In this document: piece after piece, positions 51,045 to 63,241 of the stretch
Numbering within the stretch: position 1 is the stretch's first letter
How the letters are laid out: every line of letters starts with the position of its first letter
Assembly: GCA_964247055.1 (NCBI GenBank)
Contig: OZ176053.1
Location: 11,284,001 to 11,348,000 of the forward strand
Origin: Paragordius varius
Taxonomy: Eukaryota; Animalia; Nematomorpha
Reading direction: 5' to 3'
Length of the DNA stretch: 64,000 bases
Translations under genes and position numbers: made by a program
Notes under the pieces: generated by a model
Seen by the model: only the letters and a program-made list of their open reading frames with translations
Database searches by the model: none
What the model was told of the DNA's origin: nothing

Positions 51045-52300
51045 TCTTTATTGTTATATGATTGAAAACCGAATGTAAATATGTGGTGGCCGGAAAAACG
51101 AGATTTCAAAACCACGTGTTATAAATCGAAGAAGTATATAAACTAGTGGTATCAAAACATAATTAATGCCTAGATTAAAAATAGGGTATCTATATACCCC
51201 AGACATAGCTATTTAAAGAAATGGTTTCAATTTAAATTACTTCTACCTAAAATGAATTATATAAAAAAGCCAAATATCTAGATAAAATTAAGTTTTTAAA
51301 CAAAGTTCCATCTTCGACGCCATTTTTATTTTGCAACATTTTCGCACTATATCGTGTTTATTGAGTTTAAAGGCTTTAATTAAGTTTACTTTTTTATTAA
51401 AATCACATTTAACAATCATGCATTTTTGAATGAATATTTTTTATATTTCGGTTCATAAATGTTATATAAGTCAAGGTTTTACCATCGTTTCAAATTTTTT
51501 CCATATTTTTAAATATTTAGTTTTAAACAGGTCTGGGGTATCCAACAACCCCAATTTGAATTGAAGGACTGAAAAGAATGCGTTGCGTCCAAGTGTTAAT
51601 AATGGATATAATTAATATGATTATCCCATATGAATCTAAATTAATGATTGCAATTAAAAAACATTATTATTGAAAAAATATAATGAATTTTATTTTATAT
51701 ATAAAAAAACCTATATTTTTAATTTTGGCTTATTTGTGGGCTTCAAAATAACCACCAACTAGTAAATGATTTAGTTCATACGAGTGATAAAAGTTTATAC
51801 TTTTGTGATAAGTCCATATCAGTAAATGTTAAAGTTGTTGAGCACATTTTGTTTTGCACTTTGATACAAGTTTAATTATTGCTTGTATCCTGATAAAATT
51901 TTATAAATAAGCCAAAATTTTAATAAAATTATGTTCAAAAAAATTCCCACATAAAATACTTCTAAGCCATTTTTATTAAACAACATTTTTGCAAAATATT
52001 GTGTTTATTTAGTTCTAATGCTAAAATTAAAACTTTTATTTAAAATTAAATCGCTAACATTTATATTAACTAAAAAATTGTTTTTTTGCATTATTATTTT
52101 TAGCCAAACATGTCATGTTGATTAAATTGGCACCTTGATTAAACATGAAATAAGAATATAAAATTTTATATTGGTGCATTAATGTTATATAAGTGAAAAC
52201 TTTTCCAATGATTTCAATTTGTTTCATATTTAATATTGATTATAAACAAACCTGGGGTCACCAAAGATCCTTTGAATTGGAGGACAGAATTTATTGTATA

Positions 52301-53503
52301 CTAGCGTGAATCTCGTGCTGCTACGCAGCCCGAGGAAGTCCTTCGGACTTCTGGGGGGGGGGGGGGGGAGTTCGAAGTTTGGATTTGAATGGGTCTACCG
52401 TTTTTCCTGTAGATCACAAAGCCAGCATTTTCCATTTTTATAAATATATAGATTACCATAAATAATGTATTAATATCCATATATCTTTTAACATGCTATG
52501 CATATGATAGATACTCCTTACTCAGCATCTATCATCAAAGAAACGCTTGACTAAAATTTTTGCCTTTTAACAGGCAATACGAAAAATCTTTCTCGAATTT
52601 TTACAGTCTCATACCGTGAGCAAAAAAATACAATCAAAAAATATTTTTGTGGACTTTGTTTTTTTTGAAAAAAAATGGCATTTTACGGGGGTAGCGGGTA
52701 AAAAGAGGGCCTAAATCAAAAAAGTGACTTGACTATGTTCGGCGCGATCAAAAATAAGTAAACAAAATTCATATTTGAAATTGAATGGTCCAACACGTTC
52801 TCCAAAAAATTGACTTAATCCATTTTTCACACGGGGTGGGCCCGAACTGGGGACCTAATTCCAAAAAAGGGCTAAGCTATTGTCGGGGCATTCATTAATG
52901 ATTATATTTTTTCGATATTTGGATTTGATTGGGTTCACCGGTTTTCCGGAAACAGATCACAAAGTTATATGAAAAATCAGTTTTTAGCGGGTAGCTCCTT
53001 ACCCAGCAGCTATCATCAAATAAACGGTGGACTAAAATTTTTGCCTTTTAACAGGGAATACGTGGAATCTTTATTGAATTTTTACGGTCTCATACCTAGG
53101 GCGAAAAATCGATTTAGAAAATTATTTTTGTGGACTTTGTTTTTTGAAAAAAATGGCATTTTACGGGGGAGCGGGTAGAGGGCCTAAATCAAAAAAGTGA
53201 CTCGACTATGTTCGGCGCAATCGAAAATAAGTAAACAAAAATCATATTTGAAATTGAATGGTCCAACACGTTCTCCGGAAAATTGTCTCATGAACACGAT
53301 TTTGTGGACTTCTGTTTTCAAAAAAAACCGTTTTTCATACGGGGTAGGCCCGAACTGGGGGCCTATTTCAAAAAAAGAGCGAAGCTTTTGTCGGGGCATT
53401 CATTAATGATTAAATTTTTTCGATGTTTGGGTTTGAATGGGTCTACCGGTTTTCCTGTACCAGATCACAAAGCCAGCATTTTCCATTTTTATAAATATAT
53501 AGA
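52301..53503 (-). mobile_element. Non-autonomous Helitron with tandemly reiterated ~520-bp 5' segments
   Basis: Minus strand: A|TCTATATATTTATAAAAATG 5' end at 53503; GCTGC-GTA-GCAGC hairpin 12 nt before the CTAG|T 3' end at 52301; further copies of the 5' block at ~52380-52452 and ~52920-52965. Confidence 0.8.
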
Positions 53504-54499
53504 TAAGTGTTAATAATGGTTTTTTGGTAAGAGCTAAATAATTAAAATATCACTAAAAATAAAGAATAATTTTAGCTGCCCGCTTCGAAAGTCTCATTTT
53601 GGACCCGTTTACAATGGGAAAGTTTTCCTAGATATGAAAATTTTTTAGATATATACAGATGTCAAAAAACATATTTTTATAAAAGTGCCTTTATTTGTTA
53701 AAAAATTTAATTTTTAGCAAAATTTTGTTAAAGTTTACTTCATACTATTTTGAAGCATGATGGAAACGGTATAATACTTTAACATATAAAACATTATTTT
53801 GCATAATACGATTAAGCTGGACATTTTTATCAGTTGCTATTAAATTTTGGTGAAATTATGTAAACAAACAATTTATATTTAACATAAGCTTGAAGACGAT
53901 TGAATATTTAATCGAAATTCTGCGGTGATAGAAATGTCAGCTTCATTAATTTCTAGAGAAAAACCATTTTACAATATATTTAAGTGTTTTTATACCGTTT
54001 ATAATGCCCATGAATACGCTTCAACATGCTAAAATAATTAAATTATGTAGCGTTTTTATAAAATATAATTTTTTTGATGCCATAATCTAGCATATATAAA
54101 AAAATTATCTCAAAATTTCGGGATTTTTGCCCTTACTTTCATCCAGCTCATTTTAGAGGCGAAATAAATTGGGACTTTCGGAGCTTATATTTAAAAATTA
54201 AAATTTGAAAATAATATTTTAAGTTGGTGGGTTGTGATTTTAACCCACTAACTAGGTCATATAGCCTCAAAAATAATATACATAAATATTTTGGGTTTTT
54301 AAATAATTATATTTTAAAAAGTATACCAACACCATAACTTAAAAATAACAACATTTTTTCCTGGAATTATACAAGTTTTAAATTACAGCCAAAAGATAAG
54401 ACTTTAGTTGAGAGTTAAATTTATCGTAAGATTAAATTAATAACGAAAATATAAAATTGCCGAATAAGGAATTTATAAAAACCAAATTGTTTATGCTCC

Positions 54500-54921
54500 A
54501 GTCATTGACCCATAAATAAAATATATTAACATTACAAATTCAAAAAATTAATCTATAATCAAATTATACTCATATTCATGACTGCTAGTTGTGTCCACAT
54601 CATGCCGCAAGTCATATTTAACGGCCATTAATTTGTTTAAACGATTTATATATGTTTTTGTTGGAATGTAATGTATCTGCATGGAAAAACTTATTTCCGC
54701 TGCACTACTTGAACCGGATATAATATAATTCTCCTGACTAGTAAAAACAAATCTTGATAATGTAACGAAAATTTCAAAATTCTTCGACCTCCTATATTTG
54801 TAATTTAAATTGGTGAAACGTTTAAAATAAAAAATTAAAATGAACTAGGTCATTTTTTTGCAGTCACGACCAAGGTCACTAGTCATGAACCTAGGTCTTT
54901 GCTCTAGTCGGCACAACCCTA
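54500..54921 (-). mobile_element. Internally deleted hAT element remnant (TAGGG terminus plus dimerisation-domain fragment)
   Basis: TAGGGTTGTGC end at 54921 (similar end at ~6165); minus-strand frame SSSAAEISFS...TK..NRLNKL resembles the hAT C-terminal motif. Confidence 0.45.
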
Positions 54922-55592
54922 GTTGGTGATATATTTTAGTGATTAGACATATAGCTTTCGCCAAAAAAATATTTAACAAAATGTGCTCAAGTTTTGCCAT
55001 TTTTTGACATAGAGCAGTTACCACAAATGTATAATTAACTATTTTAAATCAGGCGATCCAGACAAATTTTTCTATCAGAATATATATATCTATATATCAT
55101 CAAATTTTCTAAACCCCCTCTTCCCAATTTTCAACTAAGTGTATGGACAATGTTGAATCAAGCATTAAGCTTCTAATGTGCATAAGCATTTTAGCAATTA
55201 CGTTAAAATTATATGACTTTCTTTAATGACTGGTAGGCTCCAATACTTAAGAATAATTTAGATTCTCAATACAATTTGTCAGATATAAATATTTTTTTTA
55301 AGTTATTTTTAGCGCCAGATTTTTTGGAATGTATATATAAATAAAAATGCGAATCGTGCATATTCGAAGCGATTTTCTGAAAAACGCGTGTACCCATTTG
55401 ACAATAAGCATTTACATTAGAAAATTATATAAAAGTATACAATCAAAAAATAAAACTCTTAAATAAAGATAGATGATGATTACCATTAGTGATATTCTAA
55501 TATATATGACTAACGGATAAAAAATATTTATAATAATATTACGTATTTTGATTTATTTATATCTTACATATACAACAAAATAACATTTATTT

Positions 55593-56909
55593 TTAGGGTT
55601 TCAATTTCCTGAATATACTTATTAATTTTTTAAAGCGGTTCTTTAACAAATTACGGATATTTAAATCGAAAGCTACGTAGATGTAAAAATTGGTTGCCAT
55701 GAAAATAGCTTCAAGCAAATTCGATACAGAAATAATGAGATCAACATTCATATAATTCGTTTTCTTCATATCTTCCAGGTTTTGCCGGAACATTATAACC
55801 AGTATATTTGGAACGTTACATATACAATAAATGATAAAATGTATGATTGTTGATATATTTCTCATGGGATTTCTCATAAAATTTTTGGAGGAAAATGGAT
55901 TGTATTTTCTCTTTTCATTAATAGCATTACCAACATTCATTATGGAAGAATCTATCGAATGAATTTTATTTGTTTTGAGGCAACGCATAAAATCTTCAAA
56001 ATTTTGAAATATTTGTGATCGCGTAACTTTTTCTGTTTTAGGTTGGTGAAGTATAGGAGAGGAATTGCACAAAATTTTGCGTTTATTTTCTATCAACTTT
56101 GACGAACTTCTTTGACAAGGAATCGTAATGGATTGAATATTTTGAAGCGTAGTTAATTTTAAAGAGTTACTGATAATGTTACCGAATCGTTCACGTTTTT
56201 TAAAGTATGCATACAATTTAATCGACATAAGTATGCCCAAAAAAAGTATTACGAATCCCGGTATGATTTCCATTATTGTTAAACTAAAAACTTCAAAATG
56301 GAACAGCCAAACCGGTCTATCCAATTTTATAATGTAATACATTATAGTTTTCGATAAAGGATCAAAACATGACCGGACCCCATACCATGCATAACTTGAG
56401 GAACAAAGTATGAATATAATTACTGTGGCTGGATAAGGGAGATACCATAAAAGACGATTCTTTGTGAATGTTATATATTTCAATGGGTAAGCCAGGCTAA
56501 AGTATCGGATAAAAAATACGAGACACAAACAAAATAGATTAATGTTGTAGAATGCATTGACCAATATGAGGTTGAAGCGAGCGCTAAATACTATCCAAGC
56601 CAAATGTGTGGTAAATCGAGCTCTGTGCATCATAATTTCTCGGATAGATATAAACAAGTAGGAGATGCAAGCCAGTGCGCTAAATAAACACATTAATTTT
56701 AAATAGTAATAACTGATATCAACGTTTTTAAGGTGGCGTATTAATAGGAGTCCAAAGACATTACCCACCACCCCTAAAATCAATATTGTGGGCATCAGTA
56801 TAAGTCGCATTGTATACATGTGTGATCCTAGAGTTTTATTGTACATACATTGTGATATATTTAATGATATAACGGTTTGACTATTAATATTTGTATCGAT
56901 AGAATCCAT
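55593..56909 (-). CDS. Intronless rhodopsin-family GPCR, probably a neuropeptide (FMRFamide/myosuppressin-like) receptor, ~438 aa
   Basis: 1.3-kb uninterrupted ORF with seven hydrophobic segments: GVVGNVF (TM1), IRYFSLAYP (TM3 end), CNVP (TM6), ATNFYIY (TM7; the NFxxY variant typical of this peptide-receptor group). First ATG at 56909; the ORF track starts at a TTG at 56924. Confidence 0.88.
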   Translation of the reverse strand: MDSIDTNINSQTVISLNISQCMYNKTLGSHMYTMRLILMPTILILGVVGNVFGLLLIRHLKNVDISYYYLKLMCLFSALACISYLFISIREIMMHRARFTTHLAWIVFSARFNLILVNAFYNINLFCLCLVFFIRYFSLAYPLKYITFTKNRLLWYLPYPATVIIFILCSSSYAWYGVRSCFDPLSKTIMYYIIKLDRPVWLFHFEVFSLTIMEIIPGFVILFLGILMSIKLYAYFKKRERFGNIISNSLKLTTLQNIQSITIPCQRSSSKLIENKRKILCNSSPILHQPKTEKVTRSQIFQNFEDFMRCLKTNKIHSIDSSIMNVGNAINEKRKYNPFSSKNFMRNPMRNISTIIHFIIYCICNVPNILVIMFRQNLEDMKKTNYMNVDLIISVSNLLEAIFMATNFYIYVAFDLNIRNLLKNRFKKLISIFRKLKP

Positions 56910-57560
56910 CACAGATATATTCAACCAGAAAGGTATTATGGCTAATGCGATAGATAATAAGTGTTAAAATCAAATTCTACATAACATAATTAATTAAAAA
57001 ATCAATATATTAAATTTAGCATAGTTTTTGGCATGATCATCATTAGTTTATTAACTCATTACTAATTAAAAGTTATTTATGAGCGACAATAAATTCGGAA
57101 ATATAATATTTCTATAAAATGGTTGACGACATGAGGCCTCATTATTTACAAAAAAATTTGTTAATAAATGATATATCATCAGCATAATGTATAATGTAAA
57201 AATGTTAGTCTTAATTCTAAATGGAGGACTACAGGACCATATTCAAACTAATTAGAAAAAATAGATTTTATAATAGGTTTCATTTTTAGGTTTTTCATAG
57301 GATCGGAAAATGACATTTTCGTTTAAGTCGGTGATAGGAATTCCGAATTTACAAAAATGGGGTCAGATACTCGAAAGATATTACAAACAGCCAGAGTGCC
57401 TTAAAACGAATCGGGTTTTTGACCGGTAAAAAATAAGAATCACGTGAATGTTTTGAACGAAGATCTTCGTAACCTTAAGCAAACCATATGAATTAATTTA
57501 ATTTTTCTTTGTATTCCTCTCATGAAGGTAATATGCTCTTGAATGCTGCCCCACGCTGTA

Positions 57561-58040
57561 TATACCATAATGTGCTTGAACACTCCAAGTTGGTCCTTCA
57601 ACTTTTTTATTTGCTTTTTTAACCTTTATCAAACTAACCGTGTATCACTAATATTTATTATTTTTAAATTATTCACTTAATATAACCAAACTTTTAAAAT
57701 ATCTTCCTTTAATCAGAAGTGTATATCTTTATTAAGTTCTTAAAAATATTAATTTTAATAAGTTTTAAACATCTAATTGAAAAAAATATAAGTTTTTTGC
57801 GTATTAATTAAAATATTTCGTTAAAAACTATAAGTGAATATAAATGGAATTTGAAAAATTTTAAAACAAAAAATTAATTTTTAAATGATAAATATTAAAA
57901 TGAATAAATATATAATAAATCAAGAAACATAGGTTAAAAATAATAAAATAAATATATGCATGCAAAATTTATATCCAAACTTAAAAAGTTCAAGGACCAA
58001 CTTGAAGTGTTCAGGACACTTTTGAAGGGCAAATTGTATA
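57561..58040. mobile_element. MITE family C, copy 2
   Basis: Same TIR and internal sequence as 21682-22184. Confidence 0.7.
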
Positions 58041-59206
58041 TGTACACGACTAAGTTTAATCTTAAAAAAACATTTTAAAAATTTCAAATACATGATTAAT
58101 TTTAAAAACTCTAAAAAATGAAATGATCTTATCATCAATTTTTATACCTCGTCAAAATAGGCGATTATGCTCCCTTATGTACTACGCAATGAAATTCGAA
58201 ACCATTGGGAAAATACTTCTTAAGCTACAAACTATATTATAAAGGACTCAGGGATATAAGTCCACTATAAAAACTTGGACATAGTATTTAAATAACAAAC
58301 TATAATTATTTCATAATAAATTTTTGAAATTTTTAATTTTAATAATTATGTTTAAAAATAATAGAGCAACAACTAAAACGCTATGAAAAAAAATATATTA
58401 AAGCTTTCTAATATTGTTAATTAATTGCTTCTTTTACTGTTCATTTTAAATTATAAAAATCAACTGTCTATATTTATTTGCATGTTTTGCTTATGTGGTA
58501 TCAGCTCTCAATTTTTATACGTAAAATATAAACTTTATTTAACAAATGGTACAAAAGGACTTAAATTACATTTATTAATATAAATATTTTTATGTATAGA
58601 ATAGCATATCAAATCTGGGTATAATGATAAAGTTTTAACTATAATTTTTTGGATAAAAAACTCACTAGCTTTCATATATCCCACATTCTTATAAATCTAT
58701 AAGCGAATAAAATGCGAAAACATATTTTCATCAGAGGATTGAGTTCGTGACGGAATTTATAGTTGGGGCAATATTAATAAACAAATAAAATTGCATCTTG
58801 TGTTTCAAGTAGCGCAAAATTAGTATTACGAAATAAAATTAAGAACTATTTTATGAAATAACTTGTAAAAAATATGTGTACATAGTTTTTCCTTCTTTCT
58901 ATTATTTTCAAATGAAATATTTTATTTCGTATTCAAAAAATTTAATTAAATCATTATATTTTATGCAATCTCAAACACAGACATGTATCTAAAAAACAGT
59001 TAAGAACTCATTTAAACCATTTGAGCCAAATTTATTTTAAATTTCATTTTTAATATCTGACATTTTATTCATAACTCCCTCACACCATAATTATCAAATG
59101 GAAACGCAAGCGTGCTAATTTAGTATATATTTTTACAGATTGGGCTATTTTAATTTTTGAAATCAATTTCCTACTTAAAATCGGTTATTACGTTTATTTT
59201 CCTTCG

Positions 59207-59437
59207 TGTTACATATGCAAATTTTAATATATTTGTGTGTATGCTATAGTTTTTTGTGAGATTTGCATTGTCTTATTTTTATATTTTTGTATTATGAAAA
59301 TAACATATCCATTAGTTACTCGATATTTTATTGTTATCATGCAAATTATGTTCACTTAAAAATGGTACATATAGAGTACAAAAAACCGAATAAACATCTT
59401 TCAAGTTTTACGACTTAGACCTTTGATACCTTTTACA
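59207..59437 (+). repeat. 5' LTR
   Basis: Direct repeat of 63054-63241; TG...CA ends. Confidence 0.9.
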
Positions 59438-62400
59438 TCTGGTGGCCAAGCGAATTCCGAACTAAAAGTACTAGTGGAGGTCTTACCGATATCCGAACGA
59501 ACATGACAACGCCAATTGCCAATCTCGCTAACTTATGCATCGAGAAATACAATGATAATATCAAGTTTAAGGAATAGTTGGTTATATGACAAGTGTTATG
59601 AAGGCGAAAGATATCCCTGTAAAAGACAAGCTCTCTAAACAACCTTTTGCCTATGGTGGTCTATTGGTTGTGCGAAAAATAAATCAACGACTGTATCCCA
59701 AAAAAATAAAAGATGCATCATGGAGCAAGATGATTATAGGCCTAAAAGTATTTAATCCCACAAAATCAAAATTTTAAAGCAGATTTGAGTTTTTTCGACT
59801 TGTGCGGAGCAACGCTGAAATTTTCACCCAATTTTTAGAACGGGTTAAGATAGCAGCCGTAGAGGCCAAATTCAATGATTCGATTGAGGAACGTATTCGG
59901 GATGCTTTCGTCATTGGTTTACGGCACCTCAATTGAAAATCGATATTCAAGGTACCCCGATGCCGAAATCAACGGACAACCCGTGTCTCTAGAAACGATA
60001 GTGGATCTCGCACTAGCACACGAGGCTGCTAGGGCTGGCCTTCATAATAATATTGATAATACCAATTATAACAATGGTAATAATTTAAATCGATTACAAC
60101 ACACCAATAATAATAATAAGGCCATGCGTTCACGACAGCCAACAACAAAACCCCTAACACATTCGTATATTTGTGGGAGTAGCCATGGACCAAACAAATG
60201 TCCTGCCTTAATTCGCTAAAATGTGTAGATTAAAAAACGCTGCCAAGAGTATGTTCAACCGCCAGATCCATAGAAAAGTAATGCCAACCTTACCATGGAC
60301 CGTAAGAATAATGATAAACAAGACAGAACAAATATTTATCTATGACACTGGAGCTGATATCAGTGTAATCAGCTTTGAGACATGGAAACAAGTTGGCAAG
60401 CCAAATATTAGACCCATACCGCCACTAAAAGCCTACAATAATAGTATAGTGCCTCTACTGGGCGTAACGACAGTCAAAGTGCAAAACTTGATAAAATTAT
60501 TGAAAATTTTCCTAATCTATTTTAAGAAGAATTAGGCTGTTACATTCAGACGGTTACAATTCATATAGCCAGGCACCGCTCATTCGTGGCTTGGATGGAT
60601 CACGAGATTCAAAATCGCAATTCCTAAAGCAGAATTAACTTTCTAAGAATTTGTAGCGATTTTAGAGTTACGATCAACAAGTGGCTGACTGAGGACTCTC
60701 ACATCATTCCATCGTTTGATGATTTAGTAAGTAAGATTGGCGAAGGCCAAGTTTTCACTAAGATTGATCTGAAAGATGCCTAATCTACAAATGCCCATAT
60801 CTAAAGAATCACAACATCTCCTAACAATTGCAGCGCACAAGGGATTTTTTCGCTACAAAAGGATGCTAGGACTGTCAACAGCACCAATAATTTTTCAACG
60901 ACATGGACCAGGTTATAACAGACTGTCCCGGCACTTGTGCATATTTATATGATGTTTTAGTAACTGGCAAATCTGAACAGGAACATTTAATAAATCTTAA
61001 TAATGTTTTAAATCGGTTAGAATTAGCAGGTTTTAAATTAAGAAAAGATAAAATAAAAATTGGTGAACCTTCAGTAATTTAACTGGGATTTGAAATAAGT
61101 AATAAAGGTAATCCTTGCAAGAATAAAGTAAAAGCAATCAATGATTTTAAAAAACCTGTGGATAAAAAATCTTTAAGAAGTTTTTTAGGATTTTTAACGT
61201 CCCATGAAATATTTATACCCAAGCTTCAATTGATTGTAAGTTATTTACATAGTTTAACAAGTAAGAACGTCAGATGGAACTGGTCGGATAAACAGGAATA
61301 AAGTTGGAAAGCAGCAGAATTATTAAGTGAACAAGTATTTTTAACACCATACAATCCGGATAGAAAGTTAGTAATTGAAACCGATGCCTCAGACATTGGG
61401 TTTGGATGTATTTTAAGTCATGTAGTAAATGTGAAAGGAAACCCATTGCCTATGGTTCAAGAAAATGTAGTACCGCAGAATTGAATTACTCTACGATAGA
61501 AAGGGAATTAAAGGCTATTGTTTTTGCATTAGAAAGGTTTTATAACTTAATTTATGGCAGAAAGTTTGAAATTTTGACAGACTACTTACCACTGGTTAGG
61601 CTGATAAATAGGGATAGAAATTTGAAAGAAATTTAGAATGCGAAAATCTTAAGATGGGTTAACCGACTGAATGATTATGATTTTGAATTAAGTTATCAGG
61701 CGGGTCCGAAAAATAGAACCGATTACTTGTCAAGATGCCCCGGAGAAGATAATGTTGACACAATTGATAGGGATTACGTAGTAACGAGACATCTTAGGTT
61801 CCTAAATTGTCATAATGTGATCCGGAGGGAGACAGTTAATGATAAAATTCTGCAGAAGGTAATCAAGGCTATTCATAATCAAGATTGGAGTGATGTTGAG
61901 TTGGCTGGGTTTACGAACCGGAAAGTAGATATTTCGTACCAATACGGATTGCTAAGTTTAAACGATCGAATCATTATTCCGGAAAGTTTACAGGGTTAAT
62001 TATTTTCACAGCGGTCATGCTAGAATTAGAGAACGATTTGTTAAGAATGTACAGTTAATGTAGATCGTGTCAGGTAAACAAGCCAAATCTATGTGAAAAC
62101 CCCACTTACCAATGAGATCCGAATGCTGCAATATGGGAGTGCCTACATATTGATATAGCTGGACCAGTTGATGGGTATTTTTGGTTGTTGTTGATTGATA
62201 GCGCATCAAAATGGTCGGAAGGGTTTATGTTAAAAAGGGTTACTTCGGTAAATATATTGCACAAACTCGAGGAAACTTTTGCCAGGTTTGGGTTTCCGAG
62301 AACGGTTATAAGTGATAACGCTTCCTACTTCAATAATTCCTACTTTACATCAACCCTGACAAACTTGGATATTAAGCACATGAGAGTAACCACCTATCAC

Positions 62401-63053
62401 CCTAAAAGTAATGGGATGGCAGAAAGGTTAGTTGGGACCCTAGAGGGCAAGTATAAAAACCAAAAATTATAATATTCAGGAAGCTTTTAATACTACTTTA
62501 TGGTCTTACCGTAACTCAATTCACGCTACCACAAAAGAAACCCCCTTCCAACTGCTCTTTAAACGAGTCTCCCAAACACTCGTGACCTGGATTAACGCAA
62601 AAACAACAGACCTAGACGCACTCCGTCCGCGTCGTGAGTTTTCAATAGACCAACGCATAATGATGAAAAACGAACAAAGTCCTGGATGGCGAGCCGGCGA
62701 GGTTGTTGATAGAACTGGTCTGCTTTCGTACAGTGTGTGGGATCAGAAAACCAGAAGATGGTCAGAAAGCACGCGGACCAGTTGAAACACGTACCACCCG
62801 TCAACTCAACTTTACCGGTCACTCAAAACAAAAGGAATGATAGTAATAACGACAAGTAATAATAATGGTAACGGTATTGATAATAATAATAATAATAATG
62901 ACAATAATAATGATAAAATAAGTGATAATAATAATTAAAGTAGTAATGATGTATTAATAGCAATAATGAGAATATTAATGGAAATCCGCACGAGCGTCGT
63001 TACCCTGAGAGAATTCGGCGGAAGCCGGTTTGGTTCTCCTAAGGGTGAAGTGA

Positions 63054-63241
63054 TGTTACATATGCAAATTTTATATATATATTTTGTATGTATGCTATAG
63101 TTTTGTATAAGATTTGCATTGTCTTATTTTTATATTTTTGTATTATGTAAATAACATATCCATTAGTTACTCGAAATTTTATTGTTATCATGCAAATTAT
63201 GTTCATTTAAAAAAAAGTATATATAAAGTACAAAAAACCGA
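63054..63241 (+). repeat. 3' LTR (truncated)
   Basis: Matches the first ~185 bp of the 5' LTR with roughly a dozen differences, then similarity stops abruptly. Confidence 0.88.

Larger units (their letters stand above)
59207..63241 (+). mobile_element. Ty3/Gypsy LTR retrotransposon, decayed, with both LTRs
   Basis: 5' LTR 59207-59437 (TG...CA), PBS-like TGGTGGCCAAGCG at 59440, degenerate gag knuckle, protease DTGAD, RT (RICSDF, KIDLKDA), RNase H (ETDASD), integrase (LHIDIAG, SDNASYF, YHPKSNG), purine-rich PPT AAGGGTGAAGTGA, and a 3' LTR from 63054 truncated at ~63241. Confidence 0.92.

Noticed and set aside
52969-53513. Several overlapping 69-76-aa ORFs on both strands
   Set aside because: They lie in the Helitron tandem unit and are not conserved in frame between the repeat copies.
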